Positions 38,155 through 49,510 of a DNA stretch of 54,870 nt are shown here, in pieces. A program made the translations under genes and the position numbers. Within the stretch, counting starts at the first letter, position 1. Each line of letters starts with the position of its first letter. Below the pieces are notes generated by a model. The model searched no databases and was not told where the DNA came from. It saw only the letters and a program-made list of their open reading frames with translations. The DNA lies in NCBI GenBank assembly GCA_039795595.1, contig JBDKLL010000126.1, positions 1 through 54,870 on the forward strand, given 5' to 3'. The stretch comes from Pseudomonadota bacterium (GTDB taxonomy: Bacteria > Pseudomonadota > Alphaproteobacteria > Sphingomonadales > Sphingomonadaceae).

Positions 38155-38973
38155 ATGACCCCAGCTTCATCTTCAGCCACATCTTCAGCCTCAGCCACTT
38201 CTCTCCAGCGTTTGCTGGCGATCATGGCGCGGTTGCGTGATCCGCAGCGCGGTTGCGAATGGGATCAGGCACAGACGTTCGCCACGATCGCGCCCTATAC
38301 GATCGAAGAAGCCTACGAAGTGGCCGATGCGATTGCGCGCGATGATATGGCGGCGTTGCTCGACGAACTTGGCGACATGTTGCTGCAGGTGGTGTTCCAT
38401 GCCCGGATCGCCGAAGAAGCCGGCCTGTTCGATTTTGCCGCGGTGGCCGATGCGATCAGCATGAAAATGGAATCCCGCCATCCGCACGTGTTTGGCGATG
38501 CGCCAGATCTTGGCCAATCGCGCGATCAACGGTGGGAAAACCAGAAAGCCGCCGAACGGGCCGCCAAGGGCGCAACCAGCGCGATGGACGGCGTGGCACT
38601 GGCCCTGCCAGCGTTGATGCGGGCCGAAAAGCTGCAAAAGCGCGCTGCAAGGCACGGGTTCGATTGGCCTGATCCTGCTGGCCCGAAAGCCAAAGTCAGC
38701 GAAGAAATCACCGAACTGGAACAAGCCGGAACGGATGCAGAACGATTGGACGAGGCCGGCGATCTGCTGTTTGCCGCGGTAAATCTGGTGCGGGCCCACG
38801 GGATCGCCCCGGAAGAGGCCTTGCGCGCAGCCAATGCCAAGTTCGAACGGCGGTTCCGCGCGATGGAACAGCTTGCTACAGCCAGTGATCAAACCTTTGC
38901 AGCACTTTCGCTTGATCAGCAGGAAGCACTGTGGCGCGCGGTGAAAGTATCAGAGGCGGGTAAACCGGCCTAG
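38155..38973 (+). CDS. mazG: Nucleoside triphosphate pyrophosphohydrolase MazG
   Basis: LRDP..CEWD..QTF, IEEAYEV, DELGDMLLQVVFH, RHPHVF, second EAGDLLF repeat. Confidence 0.95.
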   Translation: MTPASSSATSSASATSLQRLLAIMARLRDPQRGCEWDQAQTFATIAPYTIEEAYEVADAIARDDMAALLDELGDMLLQVVFHARIAEEAGLFDFAAVADAISMKMESRHPHVFGDAPDLGQSRDQRWENQKAAERAAKGATSAMDGVALALPALMRAEKLQKRAARHGFDWPDPAGPKAKVSEEITELEQAGTDAERLDEAGDLLFAAVNLVRAHGIAPEEALRAANAKFERRFRAMEQLATASDQTFAALSLDQQEALWRAVKVSEAGKPA

Positions 38974-40287
38974 TTCGCGCGGATCAAGCCGGACCGACAG
39001 CCGCCGCAACGGGCCGCGTTCGTCTTCGCCCGCATCGGCTTCGTCCAGCATTTCGCCGTGTGCATGCAGCCATGCCAGCCACTGCCCATCGCTGAGCGGC
39101 AGGACGAAGGTGTGCACTGCGGCCCCCGCCGTCAGTAATTTCCCGACGGTTTCCAGCAGTGCTTCGCAGCCTTCCCCAGTCAACGCAGAAACCGGGACCA
39201 CGCCGTGATCATCGCGCGCAGCGATCTGATCCAGCAATTCGGCGACGTGTGCTGGATCAAGCAAGTCCCACTTGTTCCATGCTTCAACAATCGGGACGCG
39301 CGGCGTATCGCCATCTTCCTCGGTCAAGCCAAGGTCGGCCAGCACGTCGAGTACTTGCTGCTTTTGCGCTTGCGTATCGGGATTGGCGATATCGCGCACG
39401 TGGACGATTACATCGGCCGCCGTCACTTCTTCCAGCGTTGCCCGGAACGCAGCGATAAGCTGCGTTGGCAGATCGGAAATGAACCCCACCGTATCCGACA
39501 GGATTGCCTTGTCCACGCCCGGCAGGCGAATGCGCCGCATCGTTGGGTCCAGCGTGGCGAAGAGCAAGTCCTGCGCCATCACCCCCGCCCCGGTCAGCCG
39601 ATTGAACAAGGTGGATTTGCCGGCGTTGGTATAGCCGACCAGCGCAATCACCGGCCACGGGGCCTTTTCGCGGCGGCTGCGATGCAGTCCGCGGGTGCGG
39701 CGCACCTGATCCAGTTCGCGCCGCAGCTTCGCCATGCGATCGCGGATCAGGCGGCGGTCGGCTTCGATCTGGGTTTCGCCTGGCCCGCCGAGGAACCCAA
39801 AGCCGCCGCGCTGGCGTTCAAGGTGGGTCCAACTGCGCACCAGCCGCCCCGCCTGATAATCAAGGTGCGCCAGTTCGACCTGCAACCGCCCTTCCGCAGT
39901 GGCCGCCCGTTCGCCGAAAATTTCGAGGATCAACCCGGTCCGGTCGATCACCTTGCGCTTGAGCTTTTCTTCAAGATTGCGCTGCTGGATGGCCGAAAGC
40001 GATCCGTCGACGATCACCAGTTCGGCTTCGCCAAGGTTGCACGCCACATCGATGTTCTGGATCTGGCCTTCGCCGAACAGCGTGCCGGCGCGGGCTTCGC
40101 GGATCGGGATCGCAAAGGCATCGGCAACGATCAACCCGATCGCCAGCGCCAGGCCTTTGGCTTCTTCAAGGCGCGCCGCGGTGTCGGTGCCGGTCGATCC
40201 CCTGCCCCGAAATTCGGGATAGACGACCACGGCCCGTGCCCCGCGGGTTACTTCGCCTTCCAGCTCGTCGCCAAAGGTGATGCTCAG
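38950..40287 (-). CDS. hflX: GTPase HflX (probable CTG start at 40287)
   Basis: [38 protein letters not shown]; downstream of hfq. Confidence 0.95.
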   Translation of the reverse strand: MSITFGDELEGEVTRGARAVVVYPEFRGRGSTGTDTAARLEEAKGLALAIGLIVADAFAIPIREARAGTLFGEGQIQNIDVACNLGEAELVIVDGSLSAIQQRNLEEKLKRKVIDRTGLILEIFGERAATAEGRLQVELAHLDYQAGRLVRSWTHLERQRGGFGFLGGPGETQIEADRRLIRDRMAKLRRELDQVRRTRGLHRSRREKAPWPVIALVGYTNAGKSTLFNRLTGAGVMAQDLLFATLDPTMRRIRLPGVDKAILSDTVGFISDLPTQLIAAFRATLEEVTAADVIVHVRDIANPDTQAQKQQVLDVLADLGLTEEDGDTPRVPIVEAWNKWDLLDPAHVAELLDQIAARDDHGVVPVSALTGEGCEALLETVGKLLTAGAAVHTFVLPLSDGQWLAWLHAHGEMLDEADAGEDERGPLRRLSVRLDPRELGRFTRL

Positions 40288-40874
40288 GCGTCGTCGCTTT
40301 CTTCGCCGTCCCAGCCATCGCCGGTCAGGTCGACCGGGCCGAGCGGCTGAATGGTCGATACTGCGTGCTTATAGGCCAGTTGGACGTAGCCTTCGCGTTC
40401 CAGCAGCATGCAGAACAAGTCATAAGCGGCCACGCGGCCTTGCAGCATCACCCCATTGACCAGGAACATGGTGACCTGCACGCCCGATTGCCGCACGCTC
40501 GACAGGAACACATCCTGCAGCAAGCGGACCTTCTTGCCCCCTTCCCCAACGCTGCCGAACTGTTCGGCATCGATCGGTTGGCTGGGCATGATCGTTGAAA
40601 TCGCGTGCTTATATACCAGCTGCGATTGCCCATCACGGCGTAGCAGGATTGAGAAGTTGTCAAACCAGGTGACGATGCCCTGCAGCTTCACCCCTTTGAC
40701 CAGGAACATCGTGACCGGGACTTTGTGCTTGCGCAGCAAGTTCAGGAACTGGTCCTGGAGGTTCTGCCCCTTGGCCCCGGTCAACGGGGCCAGCGCGGGC
40801 GCTGCGGGTTCGGCTTCCGGTTTGGGAGGGCGTGGGCGCGCGGACAGCGTGCGCGATTCCGTGGTCGAGGGCAT
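40284..40874 (-). CDS. hfq: RNA chaperone Hfq with two tandem Sm domains
   Basis: [17 protein letters not shown] and [17 protein letters not shown]; AAGGAG ribosome-binding site before ATG at 40874. Confidence 0.95.
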   Translation of the reverse strand: MPSTTESRTLSARPRPPKPEAEPAAPALAPLTGAKGQNLQDQFLNLLRKHKVPVTMFLVKGVKLQGIVTWFDNFSILLRRDGQSQLVYKHAISTIMPSQPIDAEQFGSVGEGGKKVRLLQDVFLSSVRQSGVQVTMFLVNGVMLQGRVAAYDLFCMLLEREGYVQLAYKHAVSTIQPLGPVDLTGDGWDGEESDDA

Positions 40875-41006
40875 TGGCTTCTCCTTCTTGTTGGCGGCCA
40901 CTGCCGTGGTCCGCAATCTGGCGATGCCAAGTGACACCACCGGAAATTATTGCCGCGATTGTATCGCCAAGTGGGCCGCAGAACAACTTGTTCGTTGCGG
41001 GCCGGA

Positions 41007-42410
41007 TCAATCGCCCAAGTCTTCGTCTCCGCCCTCCTCGTCATCGCGGCGTTCACCCATGCCCAGCAGCTTGAGCTTGCGGTGCAAGGCCGAACGTTCC
41101 ATCCCGATGAACGCTGCCGTGCGCGAAATGTTCCCGGAAAAGCGCCGGATCTGCACCCGCAAATATTCGCGTTCAAAGTTTTCTCGGGCTTCGCGCAGCG
41201 GCACGCCCATCAAGGCGGGCATCCCGGTATCGCCGCTGATCCGATCAGCCATCACTTCGCCCGGCAGCATTTCGGCATCGATCCGTTCAAGCTGATCGCG
41301 CGGGGTCAGAATGATCGTGCGTTCCACCACATTGCGCAGTTGGCGCACGTTGCCCGGCCATTCATAACTTTGCAGCGCGGCCATCGCTTCCATGCTGACG
41401 GCGGGTGCAGACACGCCCTGATCGGCGGCGAAACGCGCAAAGAAGTGATCGACCAGCGCCGGGATATCCTCGCGCCGGTCGGCCAAGGGGGGGATGTTCA
41501 CCGGCACCACGTTAAGCCGGTAGAACAAATCTTCGCGAAAGCGGCGTTCGGCGATTTCCTTTTCAAGGTCGCGCGCGGTTGATGAAACGACCCGCACGTC
41601 GACCCGGATTTGCCGGTGTCCGCCCACCCGAACAAACGCCTGTTCGGTCAGCACCCGCAAGATCCGGGCCTGCGTGGACAGCGGCATATCGGCCACTTCA
41701 TCCAGATACAGCGTGCCGCCATCTGCCGTTTCCAGCAGACCGGCACGCACCAGCTTGCCGTCTTGTTCTTCGCCAAACAGTTCCTGTTCGAACCGTTCAG
41801 GGGTGATCCGGGCGGAATTAACGGTGACGAACGCGTTGGCGGCCCGCGGGCTCCAGCTGTGCAGCAACCGCGCGGCCACTTCCTTGCCCGCCCCGGCCGG
41901 CCCGGAAATCAACAGGCGGCTGCCGGTATTGGCAACGCGCTTCAGCGTGGCGCGCACGGTGTTGATCGCCGAACTGTTGCCGGTGAATTCATCCGCGATC
42001 ACGAACCCTTCGCGCAGCCGAGCATTTTCGCGGCGCAGACGTTCGGTTTCGGTGGCCCGCGCCACCAGATGCAGCAGCCGTTCGGCTTCGAACGGTTTTT
42101 CGATGAAGTCCATCGCCCCGCGGGCAATCGCAGACACGGCGGTATCGATATTGCCATGGCCGGAAAAGATGATCACCGGCAGTTCCGGTTCCCGGGTCTT
42201 GATGGCATCGAGCACTTCCAGCCCGTCCATCGGGCTGCCGTGCAGCCATACGTCAAGCAGCACCAGACTGGGCCGGCGCTGGTCGATCATATCCAGCGCG
42301 CTGGTGCTGTCGCCCGCGGTCCGGCATTCGTAGCCTTCGTCGCTCAGCACGCCGGCAACGAGCTCACGGATGTCGCGTTCGTCATCGACGATCAGGATAT
42401 CGAGCGCCAT
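41007..42410 (-). CDS. ntrX: Response regulator NtrX
   Basis: Receiver LLDVWL, AAA+ domain lacking GAFTGA, GMERSALHRKLK HTH; follows ntrY. Confidence 0.93.
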   Translation of the reverse strand: MALDILIVDDERDIRELVAGVLSDEGYECRTAGDSTSALDMIDQRRPSLVLLDVWLHGSPMDGLEVLDAIKTREPELPVIIFSGHGNIDTAVSAIARGAMDFIEKPFEAERLLHLVARATETERLRRENARLREGFVIADEFTGNSSAINTVRATLKRVANTGSRLLISGPAGAGKEVAARLLHSWSPRAANAFVTVNSARITPERFEQELFGEEQDGKLVRAGLLETADGGTLYLDEVADMPLSTQARILRVLTEQAFVRVGGHRQIRVDVRVVSSTARDLEKEIAERRFREDLFYRLNVVPVNIPPLADRREDIPALVDHFFARFAADQGVSAPAVSMEAMAALQSYEWPGNVRQLRNVVERTIILTPRDQLERIDAEMLPGEVMADRISGDTGMPALMGVPLREARENFEREYLRVQIRRFSGNISRTAAFIGMERSALHRKLKLLGMGERRDDEEGGDEDLGD

Positions 42411-42425
42411 TCAATCTTCCTCGGT

Positions 42426-44624
42426 TCAAGCTTCGGCCGCGGCGGTGCTGGCCGCCACGGGATCGCGCGCAAAGCGCATGGTAACGATGGTGCCGTCGGG
42501 ATCGCCGGCGGAAAAGGTCATCTCGCCGCCGTGTTCCTCGACGATCTTGTTGACGATCGCGAGGCCAAGGCCGGTGCCTTTTTCGCGGGTCGTAACGTAC
42601 GGTTCGACAATCCGTTCCCGGTCTTGCGGCAAACCGATCCCGTTATCGGCCACGGTGATCACGATATCCGCATCGCCCCGGCGCAGCGTTACCGCGATCC
42701 GGCCGCGATAATCGCTGTCAGCCTGTTTCTGGCGGGCTTCAACGGCCTCGACCGCGTTCTTGATCACGTTGGTCATCGCCTGCCCGAACTGGTGCCGGTC
42801 GCAGGCGATCGTCCCAGCCTTGGCATCGGCCACGAAGCTGAAATTGATGTCCGGGCGGGACACTTCTTGCAGAAACAGCGCCTGCCGGGCCAAATCAACC
42901 GGATCTTCACCGCGAAACACCGGCTTGGGCAAGCGCGCAAACGATGAAAATTCATCAACCATCCGCCGCAGATCGCCAACCTGCCGGATGATCGTGCCGG
43001 TTAGTTCATCGAACAGTTCGGCATCGGCGGTGATGAGCTTGCGATACCGGCGGTTGAGCCGTTCGGTTGCCAATTGGATCGGGGTTAGCGGATTCTTGAT
43101 TTCATGGGCAATGCGCCGCGCCACATCCGACCATGCCGCCTGTCGCTGATCCAGCAATTGCCGGGTAATGTCCTCGAACGTGATCACCTGCCCGGCGGCG
43201 GCGGCCGTGCATTTTACGGCCAGCGTCAGCAGATCGTTGCCGCGGTTGTACTGGATTACCCCCGCATCACGGCCGCTTTCGGCAATCGCCACCAGTTGCG
43301 GCAGGACTTCGGCAAGCGGCTGGCCGATCGGGGTTGGCGCATCTTTGTCGAGCAACAGTTTCATCGCCGATGAATTCATCAGGCGGATCGTTCCGTCCTC
43401 GCCGGTTGAAAGGATCCCCGCGGTGACCGATTCCAGCACGGTTTCGATAAACGCCCGGCGTTCCTCGATCTGCTGGTTCGCACCAACCAGCGCCTGCGTC
43501 TGACGTTCAAGCTGCTGGGTCATGCGGTTGAACGCGCGGTTCAGCAGCCCGATTTCATCGGCCCCGGTCCGCCCTTCAACCCGCATCGAAAAGTTCCCCG
43601 CCCCCACTTCGCGGGCGGCAGCCACCAGTTCGTAAAGCGGTTTGACCTGCCGGTCGGCGAACCGCAGCCCGAACCATACTGCCAACCCAACCAACGCAAG
43701 GCTGACGATGAACAGCCCCACGTTGAAGCGCAGTTGCAGGATCCGCGCCCGCCGGGTCAGCTCATCATAGGCGCGCACGATATTCTGCGCATAACCGCCC
43801 GATAGCAGATCCGATTTGCGGGCCGTGAACAGGTAGATCCCGACCCGCCGATCGATCGGGGTAACGGCCTGAATACTGTTCCCAGCGGAGCTGACGACGA
43901 TTTCGGTGCCCTGATCAAGCTGCCGCATCGCATCGCCCGAAATTTCCGATAAGGGCGCTTCGCCGCGGGTGAACGCGGCTTTGTGCAACTGCCCATCGGC
44001 GCCTTTTTGAAGGATGGTGGATTCGTTGATCTTGCGGTGCAGGACCTGGTACAAATAGTAATCCTGAAAATCCGAACTGGCCATTGGCACTTGCGCCAGT
44101 TCGTCCCGCAAATCGGCGGCCATCGCCAGCGATTCATATTCCATGTCGCGCTGGGTCTGTTCGTAATAGCCGCGCGCCAGCTTGTTCGCGTTTTCCAGCA
44201 ACCCGCGGGAATTGTCGGAAAACCAGAATTCCACCCCGGATTGGAACAGCCACGACGCGAACACCACGACCAGCAGGGTCGGAACCGCTGAAATCAGGGA
44301 AAACAGGAACACCAACCGGACGTGCAATTGCCCGCCCCCACCTGCCGCTTCAGCGGCGCGTTGCAAGGCGATCCGCCGCCCCAGCAGCACCAGGATCGCC
44401 ATTGCCGGAACCAGCGTGCCGACCAGTAGCGTGGCGGTCAGATCGGTGGGGAGCAGTTGTTTGCTGTTGGCCTGATTGGTCAGCGCGATCCACGTGACCA
44501 GCGTCATCAATGCGAACACGACAACCGAGGTGACTTCCATCAGCGCGAAGAAGTTCGCCCGGCGCGCACCAAGCTGGACCTGACGCCACCAGCGTGGCCA
44601 ACGCTTGTTGGGATGCGATTCCAT
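42426..44624 (-). CDS. ntrY: Sensor histidine kinase NtrY
   Basis: TM segments, HAMP, PAS-like region, [28 protein letters not shown]. Confidence 0.93.
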   Translation of the reverse strand: MESHPNKRWPRWWRQVQLGARRANFFALMEVTSVVVFALMTLVTWIALTNQANSKQLLPTDLTATLLVGTLVPAMAILVLLGRRIALQRAAEAAGGGGQLHVRLVFLFSLISAVPTLLVVVFASWLFQSGVEFWFSDNSRGLLENANKLARGYYEQTQRDMEYESLAMAADLRDELAQVPMASSDFQDYYLYQVLHRKINESTILQKGADGQLHKAAFTRGEAPLSEISGDAMRQLDQGTEIVVSSAGNSIQAVTPIDRRVGIYLFTARKSDLLSGGYAQNIVRAYDELTRRARILQLRFNVGLFIVSLALVGLAVWFGLRFADRQVKPLYELVAAAREVGAGNFSMRVEGRTGADEIGLLNRAFNRMTQQLERQTQALVGANQQIEERRAFIETVLESVTAGILSTGEDGTIRLMNSSAMKLLLDKDAPTPIGQPLAEVLPQLVAIAESGRDAGVIQYNRGNDLLTLAVKCTAAAAGQVITFEDITRQLLDQRQAAWSDVARRIAHEIKNPLTPIQLATERLNRRYRKLITADAELFDELTGTIIRQVGDLRRMVDEFSSFARLPKPVFRGEDPVDLARQALFLQEVSRPDINFSFVADAKAGTIACDRHQFGQAMTNVIKNAVEAVEARQKQADSDYRGRIAVTLRRGDADIVITVADNGIGLPQDRERIVEPYVTTREKGTGLGLAIVNKIVEEHGGEMTFSAGDPDGTIVTMRFARDPVAASTAAAEA

Positions 44625-44684
44625 CGTTGCATGGTTACAACACCACTGTTGCAGCCGTGCAAGCCGTTTCCGGGGTTATCCCGC

Positions 44685-46097
44685 CTAAATTGTCCGCAAC
44701 ACTTCGGCCGGATCAATCGCCAGTTCGTGCAGGCGCTTGCGCAAGGTGTTGCGGTTGATCCCCAGCAATTGCGCCGCGCGTAGCTGATTCCCAGCAGTTT
44801 CGCGCAGGATTTCGATAAACAGCGGCCGTTCAAATGCGGCCAAAGCCTGATCGTAAACCGCGCCAGCCGCTGGCCGATTGACAGCTAGCCAGTGGCTTAC
44901 TGCATGGTTGAGGTTGGTATCATCCGCATCGCCGCCTGTCCGCACGGCCTGCTGGGCCAGAACCGGGGCCAGCGCGTCGGCATCGATCAGGTCTTCGCGC
45001 GCCAACAGGGCCAGCCGGAAAATGAAGTTCCGCAATTCGCGCACGTTGCCGCGCCACGGTTGGCGCGCCAATTGCGTGGCGGCGGCATCGGCCAACTGAT
45101 GGCGTGGCAGGCCTTCGCCCGCGGCCAGTTGCAGAAAATGCCGGGCCAGTGCGGGAATATCATCCGCGCGTTCGCGCAGTGGCGGAAGCGTGATCGGCAC
45201 CACGTTGAGCCGGTAATACAAGTCTTCGCGAAACAGCCCAGCGGCGATCATCGGTTCAAGGTCTTTGTTCGTCGCGGCGATGATCCGGACATTGACCTTC
45301 ACCTCTTCGCGCCCGCCAACCCGGCGCACACTGCCCGATTGCAGGGCGCGCAGCAGGCGGGTCTGCGCCTGCATTGGCATATCGCCGATTTCATCCAGAA
45401 ACAGCGTGCCGCCATCAGCTTGTTCAAACTTGCCGGCATGCCGGGCCACCGCGCCGGTAAACGCGCCTTTTTCATGGCCGAACAGTTCGCTTTCGATCAA
45501 TTCGCCCGGAATGGCCGCGGTGTTTACCGCCACGAACGGGCCATCCTTGCGGTGGCCAAGCTGGTGGATCGCTTCGGCGACCAGTTCCTTGCCGGTTCCG
45601 CTCTCGCCCAGCACCAGCACGGTCAGATCGTTGCGCAGCACCCGCGTGATCATCCGGTAAACCGCCTGCATCGCAGCGCTGCGGCCGACCAGCGGCAAAC
45701 CCGCCACCGGGGCGTCTTCATCGGCTTCGCTGCGTGCCGCGGCCGCGCCAACGGCCTGCCGCACGGTTCGGGCCAGTTCATCGATATCGAATGGCTTGGG
45801 AAAATATTCAAACGCGCCGGTATCGCTGGCTCGCACCGCGGTATCGAGCGTGTTTTGCGCCGAAAGGATGATGATCGGCATTTCCGGGGCCAAAGCGCGC
45901 ACCGTGCCGATCGTTTCAATGCCATCCCCATCGGTTAGCATCACGTCGGTGACCAGCGCTTCATAAGCCCCGGCCGCCAGCAAGCGATCGCGTTCGGCGA
46001 TGCTATCGCAGCGGCGCACGGCGAACCCTTCGGCTTCCAGCGCCGCGGTGATCACGATCGCGATCGATTCGTCATCTTCGACCAGCAGCACGCTCAT
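44685..46097 (-). CDS. ntrC: Nitrogen regulation response regulator NtrC
   Basis: GESGTGKE, ESELFGHEKGAFTGA, GNQLRAAQLLGINRNTLRK. Confidence 0.92.
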   Translation of the reverse strand: MSVLLVEDDESIAIVITAALEAEGFAVRRCDSIAERDRLLAAGAYEALVTDVMLTDGDGIETIGTVRALAPEMPIIILSAQNTLDTAVRASDTGAFEYFPKPFDIDELARTVRQAVGAAAARSEADEDAPVAGLPLVGRSAAMQAVYRMITRVLRNDLTVLVLGESGTGKELVAEAIHQLGHRKDGPFVAVNTAAIPGELIESELFGHEKGAFTGAVARHAGKFEQADGGTLFLDEIGDMPMQAQTRLLRALQSGSVRRVGGREEVKVNVRIIAATNKDLEPMIAAGLFREDLYYRLNVVPITLPPLRERADDIPALARHFLQLAAGEGLPRHQLADAAATQLARQPWRGNVRELRNFIFRLALLAREDLIDADALAPVLAQQAVRTGGDADDTNLNHAVSHWLAVNRPAAGAVYDQALAAFERPLFIEILRETAGNQLRAAQLLGINRNTLRKRLHELAIDPAEVLRTI

Positions 46098-47188
46098 GCA
46101 GGTTCCTTGTCGGGTTTTGGGCCGCGTTCGCTGGCCATTGGCAGGTGGACCCGGAAATGGGTGATCCCGCCGGTTTCATCGCGGTCGTGCCCGATCCGCC
46201 CGTTCATGTCGCGCACCAGCCGTCGCACCAGCGCCAGCCCCAGCCCTTGCCCGCTTTTCTTGGTGGTCACGAATGGTTCGAACACGTGTTCGCGCATCGC
46301 CGGATCGATCCCCCCGCCGTTGTCTGAAATGCGCAGTTCAATTGGCAGCCGCACCGGTTTCCCATCCACCCCGCGGTGCAATTGCAGCCCGCTGGCAAAA
46401 CGGGTGCGGATAACGATTTGCGGATCGGGCATTGTCCGGCAGGCATCGGCCGCGTTGGCCAGCAGGTTGATCACCACCTGCACCAGCGCATCGACGTTCC
46501 CCAGCACCGGCGGCAGCGAGGGATCGAATTCTTCCGTGATCAGCGGAGCCTTGCCACCCGCTTCGATCACCGCGCGGCCGCGGCGGATCGCTTCGTGCAA
46601 GTTGCAGGGGGCAAGTTCTGGCGCGATCCGCTGGGTCAGCGATTGCATCTGGTCGATCAGCTTGGCGATCCGGTCCACTTCGTCCGCGATCAACCCGGTC
46701 AGGGCCAGATCGCTGCCATCCAGTTTACGCCCCAGCAACTGGGCTGCCCCGCGAATCCCGGCCAGCGGGTTCTTGATTTCGTGCGCCAGAATTTCCGGCG
46801 CGCGCAGCACGCTGTCATCCCGCGCGGTCGGGCTGGGGCTGATCGCTTCGGCGCTGCTGATATCGTGCAGCGACAAGACCTGCCAGCCGGGTTGGTCGAT
46901 TACGGGAGAAATCGTCACATCAACGCGGCGCGGTCCCTGCCCTTGCACATGGACGCCGGTGGCACGCGCCGAAACCTGGGCATCAGGATCGGTAAGCCGT
47001 TCAGCCAAGCGGGGTTCGTCAAACGCCATCAGTTGCGCCAGCGGGCGATCCGACAGGCGGCGCAAACTTTGTCCCAGAAACTGCTCCGCCGCCGGGTTGG
47101 CAGCCGCGATCCGCTGCCCCGGTGCCAGCAGCACCACCGCCAGCGACAGGCTGGAAAGCTGGCGCTGGGCGTGTTGCTGGGTGGTCAA
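46094..47188 (-). CDS. ntrB: Sensor histidine kinase NtrB
   Basis: PAS domain, [30 protein letters not shown]; TTG start. Confidence 0.92.
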   Translation of the reverse strand: MTTQQHAQRQLSSLSLAVVLLAPGQRIAAANPAAEQFLGQSLRRLSDRPLAQLMAFDEPRLAERLTDPDAQVSARATGVHVQGQGPRRVDVTISPVIDQPGWQVLSLHDISSAEAISPSPTARDDSVLRAPEILAHEIKNPLAGIRGAAQLLGRKLDGSDLALTGLIADEVDRIAKLIDQMQSLTQRIAPELAPCNLHEAIRRGRAVIEAGGKAPLITEEFDPSLPPVLGNVDALVQVVINLLANAADACRTMPDPQIVIRTRFASGLQLHRGVDGKPVRLPIELRISDNGGGIDPAMREHVFEPFVTTKKSGQGLGLALVRRLVRDMNGRIGHDRDETGGITHFRVHLPMASERGPKPDKEPA

Positions 47189-48201
47189 GCGGCCTCCCGC
47201 TCAAGGATCGGGGCATAAAAATCGCGCAAGTGCTGCATCACGGCGGCAGGATCATCGACAAAGTTCACCATGTTGCGGAACGTGGCCGAACCATGCAGTC
47301 CGCGGGTGTACCAGCCCAGATGCTTGCGGGCCATCTTCACCCCGGTATCTTCACCGTAGAGGTCCAGCATCCACTGGTAATGCTCAAGGATCAGGTCAAG
47401 CTGCTGGGCCAGTGTCGGATCGGCCAGTTCCTGCCCGGTCTTCAGCCAGTGCATCACCTGCGCCAGCAGCCACGGCTTGCCATAGGCTCCGCGCCCGATC
47501 ATCAGCCCGTCCGCGCCCGATTGTTCGAGCGCTTTGGCAGCATCATCGATCCCGCAGATATCGCCGTTGACGATCACCGGGATCGATACCGCATCCTTCA
47601 CCTGCTGCACGAACGCCCAATCGGCCGAGCCTTTGTACAATTGGTTACGGGTCCGCCCGTGGACGGTCACCAGCTTGGCGCCAAGGTCTTCGGCAATGCG
47701 GGCCAGTTCCGGTGCGTTCAGGCTATCGTGGCACCATCCCATCCGCATCTTGACGGTAACGGGCACTTTCACCGCTTTGACGGTGGCTTCGATCAGCTTC
47801 GTCGCCAGCGGCAGATCGCGCATCAGGGCTGATCCGGCATCGCCGTTGACGATCTTGCGCACCGGACAGCCCATGTTGATATCGATGATCGCCGCGCCGC
47901 GATCTTCGGAAAGCTTGGCCGCTTCGCCCATCTGGTGGGGATCGCAGCCGACCAGTTGCATCGATACGGGTTCTTCCGCCGGATCCCACGCCGCTTTCTG
48001 AACCGATTGGCGGGTTTCGCGGATCGCGGCCGGGCTGGCGATCATCTCGGTTACGTTCAGGCCTGAACCGAACCGCCGCACCAGCCGGCGAAACGGCAGG
48101 TCGGTTACGCCGGTCATCGGCGCAAGGATCACCGGGCAGTCGATCTGCACCGGGCCAACCATGATCGGCGACAGTTGCGGCGGGGTGGGAAGCGCGGTCA
48201 T
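47185..48201 (-). CDS. dusB: tRNA-dihydrouridine synthase DusB (NifR3)
   Basis: [31 protein letters not shown]; upstream of ntrB. Confidence 0.95.
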   Translation of the reverse strand: MTALPTPPQLSPIMVGPVQIDCPVILAPMTGVTDLPFRRLVRRFGSGLNVTEMIASPAAIRETRQSVQKAAWDPAEEPVSMQLVGCDPHQMGEAAKLSEDRGAAIIDINMGCPVRKIVNGDAGSALMRDLPLATKLIEATVKAVKVPVTVKMRMGWCHDSLNAPELARIAEDLGAKLVTVHGRTRNQLYKGSADWAFVQQVKDAVSIPVIVNGDICGIDDAAKALEQSGADGLMIGRGAYGKPWLLAQVMHWLKTGQELADPTLAQQLDLILEHYQWMLDLYGEDTGVKMARKHLGWYTRGLHGSATFRNMVNFVDDPAAVMQHLRDFYAPILEREAA

Positions 48202-48273
48202 ACGGGGTGCCTAAAATTTGGGCAGCACATAGGGAATTGCCGAGCGGACGGCAAGGCTTTACCCGCACTGGTA

Positions 48274-49425
48274 ATGAACCAGCCTGCCTTCGTTCCTGCC
48301 ACCACTGCTGCGGTGATCGTTGCCGCCGGGCAAGGTCTGCGCGCGGGCCAGCCTTTGCCCAAGCAATTCGCGCGCTGGCGCGGCAAACCGGTGGTGCGCC
48401 ATTCGGCCGAAACGTTGGTTGCCGCGGGCATCAGCCCGATCGTCGTGGCAATCCCGGCCGGGACGGAATCCGCTGCGCAAGCTGCGCTGGATGGTATCGC
48501 CGGCGTGTGGTTGGTGATCGGTGGCGAAACCCGCCAGCAATCGGTTCGATTGGCGCTTGAAGCCTTGGCCCCGGTGCCCCCGGCGGCGGTGCTGATCCAC
48601 GATGCGGCCCGGCCCACCCTGCCCTGCGCCGTGATCGACCGGTTACTAACCGCGCTGGAACAGCACCCCGCGGCGATCCCGGTGCTGCCCGTGGTTGATA
48701 GCCTGGTGCACGCGGCTGGCGCGGTGATGGGGGCCCCGGCCCTGCGCGAAGCCTTGCGCCGGGTGCAAACCCCGCAAGCCTTCCGGTTTGCCGATATCCT
48801 TGCCGCACATCGCGCTTGGGCTGGGCCGGCCACGGCGGGCGATGATGCGCAAGTGGCGCAGGCCGCCGGACTTGGCGTGGCGCTGGTCGATGGAGATGAA
48901 GCCTTGCACAAGCTGACATATGCCAGTGATTTTGCCGTCGATCTGCCACCGATGCGGGTTGGCAGCGGTTATGACGTGCACCGGCTGGCCGATGGTGAGG
49001 AACTGTGGCTGTGCGGGGTCAAGATCGATCACCCGCGCGGGTTGGCCGGCCATTCCGATGCCGACGTGGCGATCCATGCGCTGGTCGATGCCATTCTGGG
49101 CGCGCTGGGCGAAGGCGATATCGGCAGCCACTTTCCCCCATCGGACCCGCAATGGAAAGGTGCCTCGTCAGACCGGTTTTTAACCTATGCAATCGCGCTG
49201 GCCGATGCTGCGGGCTATCGCATCGGCAATGTCGATCTGACAATCATTTGCGAAGCCCCGAAGATCGGTCCCCACCGGCAGGCAATGCGGGAACGCTTGG
49301 CCACGCTGCTCGATGCCGACGTTACCGCTGTCAGCGTAAAGGCGACAACGACCGAACGCCTTGGTTTTACAGGACGTTCCGAAGGCATCGCCGCGCAAGC
49401 GGTGGCAACCTTGCTGCACCGCTGA
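48274..49425 (+). CDS. ispDF: Bifunctional IspD/IspF
   Basis: AAGQGLRAG..PKQF, IHDAARP, VQTPQAF; GYDVHRL, GHSDADV, KATTTERLGF. Confidence 0.95.
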   Translation: MNQPAFVPATTAAVIVAAGQGLRAGQPLPKQFARWRGKPVVRHSAETLVAAGISPIVVAIPAGTESAAQAALDGIAGVWLVIGGETRQQSVRLALEALAPVPPAAVLIHDAARPTLPCAVIDRLLTALEQHPAAIPVLPVVDSLVHAAGAVMGAPALREALRRVQTPQAFRFADILAAHRAWAGPATAGDDAQVAQAAGLGVALVDGDEALHKLTYASDFAVDLPPMRVGSGYDVHRLADGEELWLCGVKIDHPRGLAGHSDADVAIHALVDAILGALGEGDIGSHFPPSDPQWKGASSDRFLTYAIALADAAGYRIGNVDLTIICEAPKIGPHRQAMRERLATLLDADVTAVSVKATTTERLGFTGRSEGIAAQAVATLLHR

Positions 49426-49510
49426 TTGCCGGGCCTCGCACTAACGCTGGATTTTCCCTGAAAAGCGGACCAAGGCGCTCGGCGCGATTCGCAATTGAGG
49501 GATTTTCCCG

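Noticed and set aside
41007-42410. Missing GAFTGA in NtrX as a sign of decay
   Set aside because: Normal for alphaproteobacterial NtrX
41610-42947. 445-aa plus-strand ORF (similarly 39205-40350, 44892-45938 and 46107-47570)
   Set aside because: Antisense to well-supported hflX and ntr genes; no recognisable domains
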